A stretch of DNA of 64,000 nucleotides from assembly GCA_030603365.1 (NCBI GenBank), contig JAUVXV010000006.1, forward strand, positions 64,001-128,000, read 5' to 3'. The position numbers and the translations under genes were made by a program. Positions 1 to 10,367 of the stretch are shown piece by piece. The DNA is from Candidatus Heimdallarchaeota archaeon (lineage in GTDB: Archaea > Asgardarchaeota > Heimdallarchaeia > Heimdallarchaeales > Heimdallarchaeaceae). The notes under the pieces are model-generated. The model ran no database searches. It saw nothing but the letters and a program-made list of their open reading frames with translations, and was not told the DNA's origin. Each line of letters begins with the position of its first letter. Positions within the stretch are counted from its first letter, which is position 1.

Positions 1-393
1 GCTCAAGCTACTGAATTTGTTTCTTCCAAAGAAGAAGGAATTGAAAGTGAGATTGCTCAAGGTGGAATGAATGTTTCAGGAGGGCAAAAACAAAGACTTT
101 CAATCGCTCGAGCTATGGTTAAGAAACCACCAATATATATTTTCGATGATAGCTTTTCGCAATTAGATTTCAAAACTGATGCAGCTTTACGTAGAGCACT
201 TAAGAAACATACTGGAGATACCACACTGCTTATTGTAACTCAAAGAGTTTCCACAATCAAGAATGCTGAACAAATAATTGTAATAGATGATGGAAAGATA
301 GTTTGTAAAGGAACACATGATGAGTTGTTGGAAACATGTGTGATTTATCGGGAGATAGCAACATCTCAACTTGAACTGGAGGAGAAATCATGA
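1..393 (+). CDS. ABC transporter ATP-binding/permease subunit, 3' part (truncated by window start)
   Basis: Open frame from base 1 (AQATEF...GGMNVSGGQKQR); signature SGGQ, degenerate Walker B IFDDSFS and Q-switch, typical of the degenerate half of a heterodimeric exporter. Confidence 0.9.
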   Translation, partial: AQATEFVSSKEEGIESEIAQGGMNVSGGQKQRLSIARAMVKKPPIYIFDDSFSQLDFKTDAALRRALKKHTGDTTLLIVTQRVSTIKNAEQIIVIDDGKIVCKGTHDELLETCVIYREIATSQLELEEKS

Positions 394-2276
394 GTCACGG
401 ACCACCATCAGGACGTGGAAGATCTTCAAGACAAAGAGGACCTATGGGTGCGATGATGAAAGGAGACAAAGCAAGTGATTTCAAAGGAACAATGAAGAAG
501 CTCATTAGATATCTTGGAAGATATAGAATAGTGATTCTCTTTGCGATTCTGATTGCAACAGCTTCCACAGCTGCCAGCATTTTTGGACCTAAAATCCTCG
601 GTCAGGCTACTACAACTCTGTTTGATGGGTTGATGGATGTTATAAGAGGAACAGGAGAAGTAGATTTTGAAGCAATAAAGTTGCTTATCTACTTCACACT
701 TGCACTCTATATTGGTTCAGGGATTCTCAGTTATATTCAGGGATGGATAATGGCTAGAGTATCAACAAACATCGCTTATCGTTTCCGCAGAGATATTGCT
801 GAAAAAATCAATAAAATGAAACTCAAATACTTTGACAAGACCACACAGGGAGAAATCCTTTCTCGCATCACTAATGATGTGGATACTATTAATCAAACCT
901 TGAGTCAAAGTCTCTCTCAAATCATCACTTCAGCTGTAACTGTAGTCGGTGTACTAGTGATGATGTTTACAATAAGTTGGATGATGACTCTGGTAGCAAT
1001 TGTAATTATCCCACTATCTGGATTAATAGTAGCTTTTATTGTTAAAAAATCACAAAAGCATTTCGACCAACAACAAGAGTACATCGGCCACGTCAATAGT
1101 CATGTGGAAGAAATGTATGGTGGGCATGTTGTAATGAAAGCATTCAACGGAGAGGAGAAAAGTCAAGAGAAATTCGAAGGCTACAATAAAACACTCTTCA
1201 AATCAGCTTGGAAATCTCAATTCTTTTCAGGATTGATGATGCCTATAATGACATTCGTTGGTAACTTAGGGTATGTTGGAATCGCTATATTAGGTGGATG
1301 GTTAGCTATACAAGATGCAATAGGGGTAGGAGACATCCAAGCTTTCATTCAATATGTCCGAAATTTTACACGACCTATTGCACAATTAGCTAATGTTTCT
1401 AATGTTCTTCAGCAAACAGCTGCAGCATCAGAAAGGGTGTTTGAATTTATAGAAGAACCAGAAGAAGTAGCCGAAACTACAGATCCACTTAAACTAAAAG
1501 AAGTAAAGGGACTCGTGGAGTTTAAGAATGTGAATTTTGGTTACGACCCAGAAAAAACAATCATACACAACTTTTCAGCAGTAGCTCAACCTGGACAAAA
1601 AGTTGCCATCGTTGGACCAACTGGTGCTGGGAAAACCACTATGGTCAAGTTACTTATGCGGTTTTATGATATCAATGATGGTGCTATCTTTGTAGACGGA
1701 AATAACATTTATGATTTCACCCGAACTGACTTACGAAATATGTTTGGAATGGTTCTTCAAGATACTTGGCTCTTCAATGGAACAATCCTTGAGAATATCC
1801 GTTATGGACGAGCTGATGCTACAGATGCAGAAGTTGTTACAGCAGCTGAAGCAGCACATGTTGACCACTTTGTTCACACCTTAGCTGGAGGTTACCATAT
1901 GGAACTGAATGAAGAAGTCACCAATATCTCTGAAGGTCAAAAACAGCTTCTTACTATTGCTAGAGCTGTATTAGCTGATCCCCCTATACTCATTCTAGAC
2001 GAAGCAACCAGTTCAGTGGATACCCGTACAGAAATACTTATCCAAAGAGCTATGGATGAACTGATGGAGAATAGAACAAGCTTTGTAATCGCTCATCGTT
2101 TGTCAACAATCCGCAATGCTGATCTTATTTTAGTTATGGATGAAGGCGATATTGTAGAACAAGGAAGTCATAAGGAATTGTTAGCACAATGCGGGTTCTA
2201 TGCAGATCTATACAATAGTCAGTTTGATGTTATTGAAGAAAATACTGAACCTTCAGTACTTGATGCATGTGATTAG
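390..2276 (+). CDS. ABC exporter, fused permease + ATPase (heterodimer partner)
   Basis: N-terminal TM domain, Walker A GPTGAGKTT, ISEGQKQ signature, ILDEATS, AHRL; 4-nt overlap with the upstream gene. Confidence 0.93.
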   Translation: MSHGPPSGRGRSSRQRGPMGAMMKGDKASDFKGTMKKLIRYLGRYRIVILFAILIATASTAASIFGPKILGQATTTLFDGLMDVIRGTGEVDFEAIKLLIYFTLALYIGSGILSYIQGWIMARVSTNIAYRFRRDIAEKINKMKLKYFDKTTQGEILSRITNDVDTINQTLSQSLSQIITSAVTVVGVLVMMFTISWMMTLVAIVIIPLSGLIVAFIVKKSQKHFDQQQEYIGHVNSHVEEMYGGHVVMKAFNGEEKSQEKFEGYNKTLFKSAWKSQFFSGLMMPIMTFVGNLGYVGIAILGGWLAIQDAIGVGDIQAFIQYVRNFTRPIAQLANVSNVLQQTAAASERVFEFIEEPEEVAETTDPLKLKEVKGLVEFKNVNFGYDPEKTIIHNFSAVAQPGQKVAIVGPTGAGKTTMVKLLMRFYDINDGAIFVDGNNIYDFTRTDLRNMFGMVLQDTWLFNGTILENIRYGRADATDAEVVTAAEAAHVDHFVHTLAGGYHMELNEEVTNISEGQKQLLTIARAVLADPPILILDEATSSVDTRTEILIQRAMDELMENRTSFVIAHRLSTIRNADLILVMDEGDIVEQGSHKELLAQCGFYADLYNSQFDVIEENTEPSVLDACD

Positions 2277-2278
2277 AA

Positions 2279-2312
2279 AAGAAGAGTTTGAATCTCTTCT
2301 TCTTTTTCTTTT
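2279..2312. terminator. Hairpin plus T-tract between convergent genes
   Basis: aagaagag-tttgaat-ctcttctt inverted repeat followed by ctttttctttt. Confidence 0.5.
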
Positions 2313-2399
2313 CATTCTTAAACAAAATGCTAATAAGAAAAATTGAATGAACATGAAAGAATACTTAGATGATATGAAAAAAGAAGAAAGGAGAATGAA

Positions 2400-3959
2400 T
2401 TATATGTTTTTCATTCGTTTCTTAGTTAATAGAGAGAGAGGAACTACTGCAACACCAAATAAAGAGAGTATGAATATTATCAGAATACCAGTTGAAAACT
2501 CTGAAATTGTGATAGGTCCTTGGGGATAGGGATCATTGTTATTTGCATCACCATCAAGAGGATAGGGTGATATACCAGTCCAATCTGACCACCAATTACC
2601 TTCCAGAGTTATAGTATCGAACCAGATATTGTTTGTCCCATCATCGTAACCTTGCGAATCTCCTCCTAAATTGTTATCAGTAAATTTGTTGTGATGCAAA
2701 ACATTGTCGTAGGAGTCAAAATTTAGATAAATTCCATACAGAAAACTATATTGTATATCATTGTAAGCAAGAAGACAAGAAGCAGAAGATTCAAGATAGA
2801 TACAAAAATAATTGCTACTGAGACAAGTATTATTTGTAACTATATTTCCTGAGCATGACCAAATATAGATGGCCGACAGTACATTCTCGATGTATGTGTT
2901 ATTGTAAACTATACAATCATGAGAAATAAATAGTCTCAATCCAGACTCAAAGTTGAAATTGCAAGTATTGTTCACAAAAGTAGATTCATAATCATACATT
3001 GTTTTGATTGCATCTTCGTTATTGTTACAAGTATTATTCACAATAATACTATAAGTAGAAGATTCAAGATAGATACCACATTGATTATAGCTACAAGTAT
3101 TATTCATGATATCAGCATAATCACAGTCATAAAGAAGCATACCTATCGCTGTATCTGACAAGTTTTGGTTGTATATTGTGGGTCTCTTACAGTTAACTAA
3201 AATGAGCTGACCATAGTCTGGATCTGTAAGGGTAAGGTCATCAATTCCCTTGTAATATCCTAATATCTTCCCATTTACCCAGTTATTCTCAAAACTAAAG
3301 TTAAGATAATTTGTTATACTAATATCATAGAAATAGACACCATCATTATAAAATACATTATTCGTTAATGTAGAGTTGTTGGAATGCCATAACTCAATCC
3401 CGTAATCACCATTGTCGGAAAGTGTATTATTTATAATAACAGCACCAGGAGAGTAAAATAACTCAATTCCATCCCAACCATTTTTTGTCATAGTACAATT
3501 AATAATTGAGACACTAGAAGAATATTCAAGGTATACGCCAATCAATCCAATTTCATTAAGTGTAGTATTGAGAATTGTAGCTGTTCCAGAGGCAATAGAT
3601 ACAAGATTGATACCAAAACCAGTTGCTTTAATGTAACAGTAACTAATAACGAAATGTTTGGTAGTATCTTTAATAAAAATTCCTTTGATTTCTGTTGTTG
3701 TAATGTTATAATCTGTAATGATATAAGGATCTTCAACTGTTCCTGCTCCATTAAACCCATAATCGGTAAAATTGTCATCAGAGATTATTTTGATAGGGGC
3801 ATGATCTACTAGAGCTTGAATCGAGGGTGAAGATTTTTCATTATCAATAAGAGATGAAGTTGTAATAGTTGAATTATTACTCGCAGAAAGAATGAGTAAC
3901 GAGGTCGTAATTAATATTAGTACAATTATTTTTGAAGGATTAATTTTTTTTGTCGTCAT
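2400..3959 (-). CDS. Secreted right-handed beta-helix (NosD/CASH-like) protein with PEF-CTERM-like anchor
   Basis: Signal peptide, many NNT/GIYL repeats, GNWWSD motif, C-terminal ISEF + TM helix + basic tail; paralogue of 15369-16943. Confidence 0.85.
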   Translation of the reverse strand: MTTKKINPSKIIVLILITTSLLILSASNNSTITTSSLIDNEKSSPSIQALVDHAPIKIISDDNFTDYGFNGAGTVEDPYIITDYNITTTEIKGIFIKDTTKHFVISYCYIKATGFGINLVSIASGTATILNTTLNEIGLIGVYLEYSSSVSIINCTMTKNGWDGIELFYSPGAVIINNTLSDNGDYGIELWHSNNSTLTNNVFYNDGVYFYDISITNYLNFSFENNWVNGKILGYYKGIDDLTLTDPDYGQLILVNCKRPTIYNQNLSDTAIGMLLYDCDYADIMNNTCSYNQCGIYLESSTYSIIVNNTCNNNEDAIKTMYDYESTFVNNTCNFNFESGLRLFISHDCIVYNNTYIENVLSAIYIWSCSGNIVTNNTCLSSNYFCIYLESSASCLLAYNDIQYSFLYGIYLNFDSYDNVLHHNKFTDNNLGGDSQGYDDGTNNIWFDTITLEGNWWSDWTGISPYPLDGDANNNDPYPQGPITISEFSTGILIIFILSLFGVAVVPLSLLTKKRMKNI

Positions 3960-3989
3960 TTTAACCTCAAAGTTAAGTTAACTCTCTTA

Positions 3990-4010
3990 TTGTATATAAG
4001 GATTTTACAG
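3990..4010 (-). promoter_or_regulatory. Putative archaeal BRE/TATA promoter shared by the two NosD paralogues
   Basis: Minus strand gtaaaatccttatata occurs about 35-50 nt upstream of this gene and again at about 16965-16980. Confidence 0.5.
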
Positions 4011-4117
4011 AAATTTGTGTTTCCCGAAGAGAAGAAACAAGAAAAGGAGATCTCTAAGTTTAAAAGAATGAAAATGGATTGATTACCTTTAAGAGTGCCT
4101 AAAAATATGTACTTTTT

Positions 4118-4245
4118 ATGCCATTTGTGGACAATAAAGGAATAAGAACTCACTACATCGTTGAAGGATAAGGGTCTCCTGTTGTTATGCTTCATGGAGG
4201 TTTTGGAAGTCATAGAGAATGGTATATGGCAGATTATGTTAGCAA
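4118..4245 (+). pseudogene. 5' relic of alpha/beta hydrolase (paralogue of 11130-11927)
   Basis: Translates MPFVDNKGIRTHYIVEG*GSPVVMLHGGFGSHREWY versus intact MPFVENKGVKLHYVVIGQGPPIVLIHGGFGSFQEWY; internal stop and truncated. Confidence 0.8.
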
Positions 4246-4294
4246 TATTCGATTAGTCTGCTTGAAAGACTTTACTGACAAGTTTGAGGAAAGA

Positions 4295-5137
4295 TTAAGC
4301 ATCTTTCAGAGTGATTATTTTTTGATAGTCAGTATTCTCCTTAGAATCCTTTATTTCAAGTACATCTGAAATGAATGATATAATATGATTCAAAATTTGT
4401 TCATTGAACTGAGATTTATGCACAGTGTGTGTGGCACCCTCAACTAATAATCCATATTTTTTCGGAGAGGAAATATATTCAAAATACTGTTCAATGGATT
4501 TTCTTTCTGTCAGTATTCCAGATGTACCATTTACTAGCATTATAGGACACTTAATATTACCCATTTTTTGTGACAGACCTTCTTTCTTCTGTTTATAGAG
4601 AGCTTTCAGGAGCATCTTAACTGGAACCTTAGGGAAACTTTCCATCTTCCAATCATAATACCCCGAAGGTAATAAAATTCTATCATATTCATTTACAAGA
4701 GGGTTTTTTATTGTCTTGACATTAAAAATACGTACTAGCCAGGTAAGTAAACCTAAATCCCAAGCTACGAACCCTCCTGTACCTAACATTATAGTTCCAT
4801 CGAGATCCCCACCCTTATTTGCGAGATAATCAAAAATAGTTCCTGCACCGAGAGAGATACCTAATCCTATTACTTTCTTGTATTTCTTCTTAAGATCACC
4901 AATGTAGTCCAATCCCCAATCATAGAAGACATCAGCTGTTTCTACACTACATAACAATTCTGAATCAACTCCATGGCGAGGGAGAAGAGGAACTTTGACA
5001 TCAACTTTAAGTTCAGCAATTCTAGCAGACCAGTTTTTCAGTTCAAAGGGAGTAGCAGATAAACCATGGAACAAAAACACGCAGATATCTGAGTCATTTG
5101 AGATGAATATATCTTTAGAGAATTCATTTGCTTGCAT
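4295..5137 (-). CDS. Alpha/beta hydrolase (carboxylesterase/monoacylglycerol lipase-like)
   Basis: HGLSATP, LPRHG, nucleophile elbow GISLG, C-terminal His (GATH). Confidence 0.8.
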   Translation of the reverse strand: MQANEFSKDIFISNDSDICVFLFHGLSATPFELKNWSARIAELKVDVKVPLLPRHGVDSELLCSVETADVFYDWGLDYIGDLKKKYKKVIGLGISLGAGTIFDYLANKGGDLDGTIMLGTGGFVAWDLGLLTWLVRIFNVKTIKNPLVNEYDRILLPSGYYDWKMESFPKVPVKMLLKALYKQKKEGLSQKMGNIKCPIMLVNGTSGILTERKSIEQYFEYISSPKKYGLLVEGATHTVHKSQFNEQILNHIISFISDVLEIKDSKENTDYQKIITLKDA

Positions 5138-5238
5138 GACAGTAGAGTATAATCAGTAAAATCTATTTAAGCTATATGCTTTGCCTAATTTGTTTGAATA
5201 ATGAAGTTGTGACAAGTTTATTCCTCGCTAGACTCAAC

Positions 5239-5475
5239 TTATTCTACATCTAAAGAAACTTCAGTTCCATTGATTTCTTTGTTTCTTCGAGATTTACCTG
5301 AAATTAGATCAAATAGGGAAAATATGAAGATCGCGGCAAGAACTGGTATCAAAACAAGAAAGACTATCTTATAGTCTTCGTAAAGACGCATTCCAAAGAA
5401 ATAGATTAGAGGTGCTCCTGCTACAGATAAAATAGCTATAAGTATCCAAATTTTGGTTTTTCTAGAAACTTCCAT
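5239..5475 (-). CDS. Small two-TM membrane protein (likely start MEVSRK at 5475)
   Basis: Two hydrophobic helices; FDLISGK resembles FDIISPK of the adjacent gene. Confidence 0.55.
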   Translation of the reverse strand: MEVSRKTKIWILIAILSVAGAPLIYFFGMRLYEDYKIVFLVLIPVLAAIFIFSLFDLISGKSRRNKEINGTEVSLDVE

Positions 5476-5707
5476 TGGAATCTCTTTTAGATCTATCTCT
5501 AGAAGGATTTTTTGGAGATATAATGTCAAAAATCCCTGCAACAGCTACTACAAAAACCACTGCAGATGCAACAATTAAAGCAATGTAACCAGATTCACCA
5601 GAAACTGCCATTTGGAGTATTCCTACTAGAATTCCAACAACTGCTCCTGTAGCAGTAGCGATACAAACTACTATAATTACACCTTTCTTAACAATTTTTG
5701 AGGTCAT
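5462..5707 (-). CDS. Small two-TM membrane protein
   Basis: 81 aa with two hydrophobic helices; TATA-like tatataaa upstream. Confidence 0.6.
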   Translation of the reverse strand: MTSKIVKKGVIIVVCIATATGAVVGILVGILQMAVSGESGYIALIVASAVVFVVAVAGIFDIISPKNPSRDRSKRDSNGSF

Positions 5708-5772
5708 AACAAACGCACGTTTTGTTAAATGTCGTAGATTCTCTCAAAGCTATTTATATATTGTTGAAAATT

Positions 5773-6704
5773 TCAAATTAATTCTTTTTCATAAATTCCC
5801 CATGTTGCTACCTTATCAAAACCAAGCTCCTCTAGCACATTCTCAAATTCTAGAAGTTTGCCAATAACATCAATTAAGAGGTACTTTCCGCCCTTTTCTA
5901 AGCAATCATTAATCACTTGTACTAGCAGTTGTCTTAAATAATTTTCACTAGATGCTTCAAGATGAAAAGTAGCTACTATATCTTTATTCAGTGAGTTGGG
6001 TAAGGCATAACAATACCCTTCAAGTTTACCTCCTTCTCGAATAACTAAGTGGCTGACTAAATCAGCAGAGTTATCTATTTCCAAGATATCTTTTTTTGCT
6101 TCATCATCCGAACTTTTAAAGAAATTAGATACACTTATCGAACAATCATCAATATCTCGATCAGGATCAAATCTCAGTACATTTGTTGTTTTCACATCAA
6201 CTCTTCCTTTTTTCAATTCATAATGATAGTAGAATTTGTACTCAAATGGAAAATCTGTATGTTCTTTAAAATTCCATCTTTCCACTAATTCAATACTATT
6301 AGTATGCATAGTGGAAGCTCTTGTTTGTATGAATGGAACATTCTTTGATTTCAATACTTCAATCATTTTTTCTATGAGTAAATCTTCAGCCTCCTCATTG
6401 TTTGGTAATATTCTAGGGAGATTCAAAGTTGCACCAAGTTGTTCTCCTCGTTCAACCCCTGGACCAATTACACCATCTTGAAAACCAATTCTAGCAGAAA
6501 TAAATCCAACCATTTCATCATCTTTGAAACAGAAAAGAGCGGTTTCAGGATCAAAATCTGGAGATGAATAGAATTGCTTTAAAAATTCAAGGTTATATTG
6601 AAATGGCCACACCCAATCTTCTATAACTTTGAAACTCACTTTTACCTGTTCTACTTCAAATCCTGATTCATAAGATTTGATAATGTATTTACACATGCAA
6701 AACA
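5773..6704 (-). CDS. GNAT-family acetyltransferase-like protein (two GNAT-like halves; start uncertain)
   Basis: DEMVGFI, GKLEGYC and LEELGF patterns of tandem GNAT folds. Confidence 0.6.
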
Positions 6705-6807
6705 GAAAGTAAAGACAGTTAAAAGTATTAACAAAAATCTTTCCCAAGACAGATTAATAAGCGTGTCAGAAATGTACAATTACAATGAGTATGGTTGAAG
6801 TGAGAAT

Positions 6808-7107
6808 ATGACTGAAATAAAAATCTCAGTATTGAAAACATTAGATCCAAAAGCAGTTTTTGGTGAAGAATTTCCCTTTAAAGAACCTGCATCCAGGTGC
6901 ACCTATTTCGAAGAGGGTCAGGAGTTTATCTCTAAACATGCAGAAAGACCTGAAGGTTTTGGTTGCACATGGGCATGGCATGATCTTTACAAGCAGGTAG
7001 TTTTCCTCTATTTCGGAGGAGTGTATTATAAAGGAGACCCAGATGTAGCTATCACTTGTTGTTCAGATGGTAAGAGACCAGTAATTTTCAAATTGGAAAG
7101 GGTCTAG
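6808..7107 (+). CDS. TIGR04076-family small Cys protein
   Basis: C..F.EGQEF...PEGF.C.WAW.D...CCSDG.RPVIFKLER pattern. Confidence 0.85.
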   Translation: MTEIKISVLKTLDPKAVFGEEFPFKEPASRCTYFEEGQEFISKHAERPEGFGCTWAWHDLYKQVVFLYFGGVYYKGDPDVAITCCSDGKRPVIFKLERV

Positions 7108-7124
7108 TTTCAATACTATTTTCT

Positions 7125-7676
7125 CTATCCTCTCTCTCCTCGTTTTAGTTTAGGTATAGGTAGCCATTTTCGAGTTGTAGTCTTATAATTGTTATAATCT
7201 TCTCCAAAATGAGCAATTAACAATTTCTCTTCAAATCTAGCTATATATTCGTAGAATGCTACAATTAGCACGAATAAACCTAATGAAGCTAGTGAAAGAG
7301 TGATGACGAGTAACCCTAGATATAGAAGTATCGACCCTAAATACATAGGATGTCTTACATACTCAAAAACTCCAGTTCTAATCACCTCTGGTGGGTCTCT
7401 TACTTCTTTGAAAACTTGCTGATGAGCTTTAAATGCAAAAAATCCTGCTAGTAGAAATATGACTCCGCCAATTGGAGCTGAAATGTAAATTGGTATGGTT
7501 TCAGTTAAGAATGTTGAAAAATGAAATACAAATGAATCTAATACCCAAAGAACAAGGAAGATTATTAAGAAGATTAGTTGACCTAAATCTGAGAATTTGT
7601 GTTCACCAATAATGTCCTCTCTTCCTTTATAATGGCCCATCTTATGTCCTTTGATATCTTTCTCTTCTGTGTTCAT
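7125..7676 (-). CDS. Isoprenylcysteine carboxyl methyltransferase (ICMT/PEMT)-family membrane protein
   Basis: TGVFEYVRHPMYLG and EEKLL..FGEDY motifs. Confidence 0.88.
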   Translation of the reverse strand: MNTEEKDIKGHKMGHYKGREDIIGEHKFSDLGQLIFLIIFLVLWVLDSFVFHFSTFLTETIPIYISAPIGGVIFLLAGFFAFKAHQQVFKEVRDPPEVIRTGVFEYVRHPMYLGSILLYLGLLVITLSLASLGLFVLIVAFYEYIARFEEKLLIAHFGEDYNNYKTTTRKWLPIPKLKRGERG

Positions 7677-7769
7677 TAATTTAATATGGTTACACTTCTA
7701 TTTATTTCTTGGTAAACAAAAATAGATTGTCATCAGAAAATATATGAATAAATCTTGAATTGTAATCTC

Positions 7770-9812
7770 ATGAGTTCTCCAAAAATGAAATACGCAACTC
7801 TATTTCTTTTAGTATTGATTAGTTTACAATTTGCTCCTGCAACCAATTCCTCAATTGCAGGAGATGATATTATAATTACTGAAGTACTTTACGATACTCC
7901 AGGAACTGATTCGGATGAAGAATGGTTTGAACTATTTAATCCCACAGATTCAACTGTCGATTTGACAGGATGGTCAGTTGATGATAATTACGCAAGTATT
8001 GGTTTAACAGGCACTATTCTAGCCAAAGGGTATTTTGTGGTTGCTAGTGATGCTGCAGCATTTAATACTCTATATGGTTATAGTCCTGATTTAAGTTTGG
8101 ATTGGGGAAGTTTTGCCTTAAGTAATTCAGGTGATATGCTCACTCTTAAAGATGATTTAAGTGCTGAAGTTGATTTTGTTGCATGGGAAAATGAAGTACC
8201 TGGTTGGTCCATTATTGCAGTTGATACAACTATCAGAAGAACGAATGTTGTTGACACTAATACAGTTGATGATTGGGAAAATAGTGGAACCATAGGTGAC
8301 CCCGGAGATGGTCCCTATGATGAAATGCTCCTAGATGTTATAGCTCCAATCGTTAACATAACAGCTCCTGTTAATGGTTCAACAGTATCAAGATTTGTAG
8401 ATATCAATGTTAATGCAACTGATGCAAACGGAATAGCTAGTTATGCTATATATGTTGATGGAGGATTAATTGCTACTACTAGTTCATATGTATGGGATTC
8501 TAGAAATGTGAATAATGGTTCTCATATAATATCTGCAATATGTAAAGATCCAGCAAATAATATTGGAGAACATAATATTACGGTAATAGTTGATAATGAA
8601 GACTTAATTTCAGACATAGATGCTATCAAAATCATGACCTACAACGTTGAAGAATCTGGTGCTAATCCAGACTGGAAGGAAGTAGTTAAGGAAGAAAATC
8701 CAGACATAGTTGTCTTTGTAGAAACTGGAGATTGGGATGATGGTTCAGATTTCTTACTTAACCAATATGTTGATGCATTTAATGCTTATTTTGTCGATGA
8801 AGAACCTTATGAAGGCTACACAGCTCAAGGTATTTCCTACAATACTGGAGGAGAAGCAATCATGAGCAGATTCCCAGTTTTAGAATCTGTCAGAATTCCT
8901 GAAGTACCTCTTGATAATGGTACAATGTATGATGTCACTCACGATTTCATGTTCTGGAATGTAAACATCTCTGGGACTGAAGTATATCTTATCGGTGTTC
9001 ATTTGAAAGCTATGGGCGGCATAGAAAACGAAGTAAGACGTGAGTATGAAACAGAAGGTATCATCAACTATATGGATGCGTTAGGGGAATACCCTATTCT
9101 GTACATGGGAGATTTGAACTCATTCTCACCTGAAGACACGGGTGCTTTAGCTCCAACAGGTGATCTAGGTTATGGACCATTGACTATGATGTTAGTTCCA
9201 GATGACCCAACCTATGGACAGTATTCATCGGAAGTACATAATTTTACAGATATCTATAGAACATTGAACCCAACTACTCCAGGGTTTACCTATCCATCCT
9301 ATGCTTCCAGAATCGATTTCATAATTGCCAATGATTACTTCGTAGATTACATGATTAACTCAACTGTTGGAGACACTGCAACAGCTAGTACAGGTTCTGA
9401 TCATTATTGTGTTGACTTCTTCTTGGATGCTTACTCTTTTGTGAATGAGCTAGACGTCAACCCACACGAAGTACAGGGATTGGATGCTGTTGCAATAAGT
9501 ACTACAGAGATTGATTTAACTTGGTATGCAAATATTGAGAGCGATTTGGACTATTATAGAGTCTTCAGAGACGGGGTGAACATAGCCAATACATCGAACA
9601 CTTACTATTCTGATAGTGGATTAACAGTAGGCACATGGTATGATTATGAGATAACAGCAGTTGATACAAGTGGTAAGGAAGGAGTACCTTCAAGCTCAGT
9701 ATCAATTAGGACACAGGATGTAGTACCAGAATTTCTAGTATTTGGAATAACAATACTATGTCTATTGGGAGTAAGTGCATTAGTTTCACTAATAATATTC
9801 AAAAGAAAGTAG
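7770..9812 (+). CDS. Surface-anchored nuclease/phosphatase: lamin-tail domain + Ig-like + EEP domain + FN3 + PEF-CTERM
   Basis: IIITEVLYD/EWFELFN (LTD), MTYNV, HLKA, GDLNS, RIDFI, SDH (EEP), FN3 YEITAVD, terminal VVPEF-TM-KRK. Confidence 0.85.
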   Translation: MSSPKMKYATLFLLVLISLQFAPATNSSIAGDDIIITEVLYDTPGTDSDEEWFELFNPTDSTVDLTGWSVDDNYASIGLTGTILAKGYFVVASDAAAFNTLYGYSPDLSLDWGSFALSNSGDMLTLKDDLSAEVDFVAWENEVPGWSIIAVDTTIRRTNVVDTNTVDDWENSGTIGDPGDGPYDEMLLDVIAPIVNITAPVNGSTVSRFVDINVNATDANGIASYAIYVDGGLIATTSSYVWDSRNVNNGSHIISAICKDPANNIGEHNITVIVDNEDLISDIDAIKIMTYNVEESGANPDWKEVVKEENPDIVVFVETGDWDDGSDFLLNQYVDAFNAYFVDEEPYEGYTAQGISYNTGGEAIMSRFPVLESVRIPEVPLDNGTMYDVTHDFMFWNVNISGTEVYLIGVHLKAMGGIENEVRREYETEGIINYMDALGEYPILYMGDLNSFSPEDTGALAPTGDLGYGPLTMMLVPDDPTYGQYSSEVHNFTDIYRTLNPTTPGFTYPSYASRIDFIIANDYFVDYMINSTVGDTATASTGSDHYCVDFFLDAYSFVNELDVNPHEVQGLDAVAISTTEIDLTWYANIESDLDYYRVFRDGVNIANTSNTYYSDSGLTVGTWYDYEITAVDTSGKEGVPSSSVSIRTQDVVPEFLVFGITILCLLGVSALVSLIIFKRK

Positions 9813-10005
9813 AATACCGAAGTCATTCTCTCTCTATTTTTTTCTTTTACATCTAATTTCTAAACAAGTTAAATATCATTCAAGTTTCACTATAAGATTT
9901 TTAACTCTGACAAGAGATAGCACTGAATTGATGATACGATTAATAGGTAAGAAAGAAGTGACAATATTCTTTTTGTTTCTCTTTCTGTTTTCGTTCAATG
10001 AATCT

Positions 10006-10128
10006 AATTATTTTGTTGAAGTTCAAAGTCCCCCAATAGTTATGCTTCATGGGTTTCTTGGAAGTCATCAAGAATGACGTACTTACGAGGATTCTTTGAA
10101 AGAGAGGTATCAGCCTATTATATTAATT
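10006..10128 (+). pseudogene. Second 5' relic of the alpha/beta hydrolase
   Basis: Translates NYFVEVQSPPIVMLHGFLGSHQE*RTYEDSLKERYQPII, colinear with the 11130 protein; W codon replaced by TGA. Confidence 0.7.
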
Positions 10129-10130
10129 AA

Positions 10131-10232
10131 AAGCGATCCGAAAGCCGTGCCTAAACGCACAGCGAACGGGGTAGGAGGATACGTGATGTATCCACTCAGA
10201 GTGAGTATAGAGCACTTGCATGCTCCTATATG
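10131..10232. other. GC-rich multi-hairpin element (candidate structured RNA or inserted palindromic element)
   Basis: Four adjacent stem-loops: ccg..gtgc/gcac..cgg, ggatac/gtatcc, actca/tgagt, tatagagca/tgctcctata. Confidence 0.4.
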
Positions 10233-10367
10233 ATGAACTCTAAGAAAGATATTAAACTTTCTTGTTACTATGACAAGATGACAAAACCACATCATGGAAA
10301 GAATCACTTAAAATATTTGATTCCATAGCTTTTAATAGTTTTAACATAACTATTATTCTAGTTCAAA

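Noticed and set aside
10140-10175. c-di-GMP-I riboswitch or SECIS-like element (aaagcc...gcctaaac; GAA internal loop)
   Set aside because: Only short fragments resemble these motifs. The full two-stem riboswitch architecture is not evident and no in-frame UGA selenoprotein gene is adjacent.
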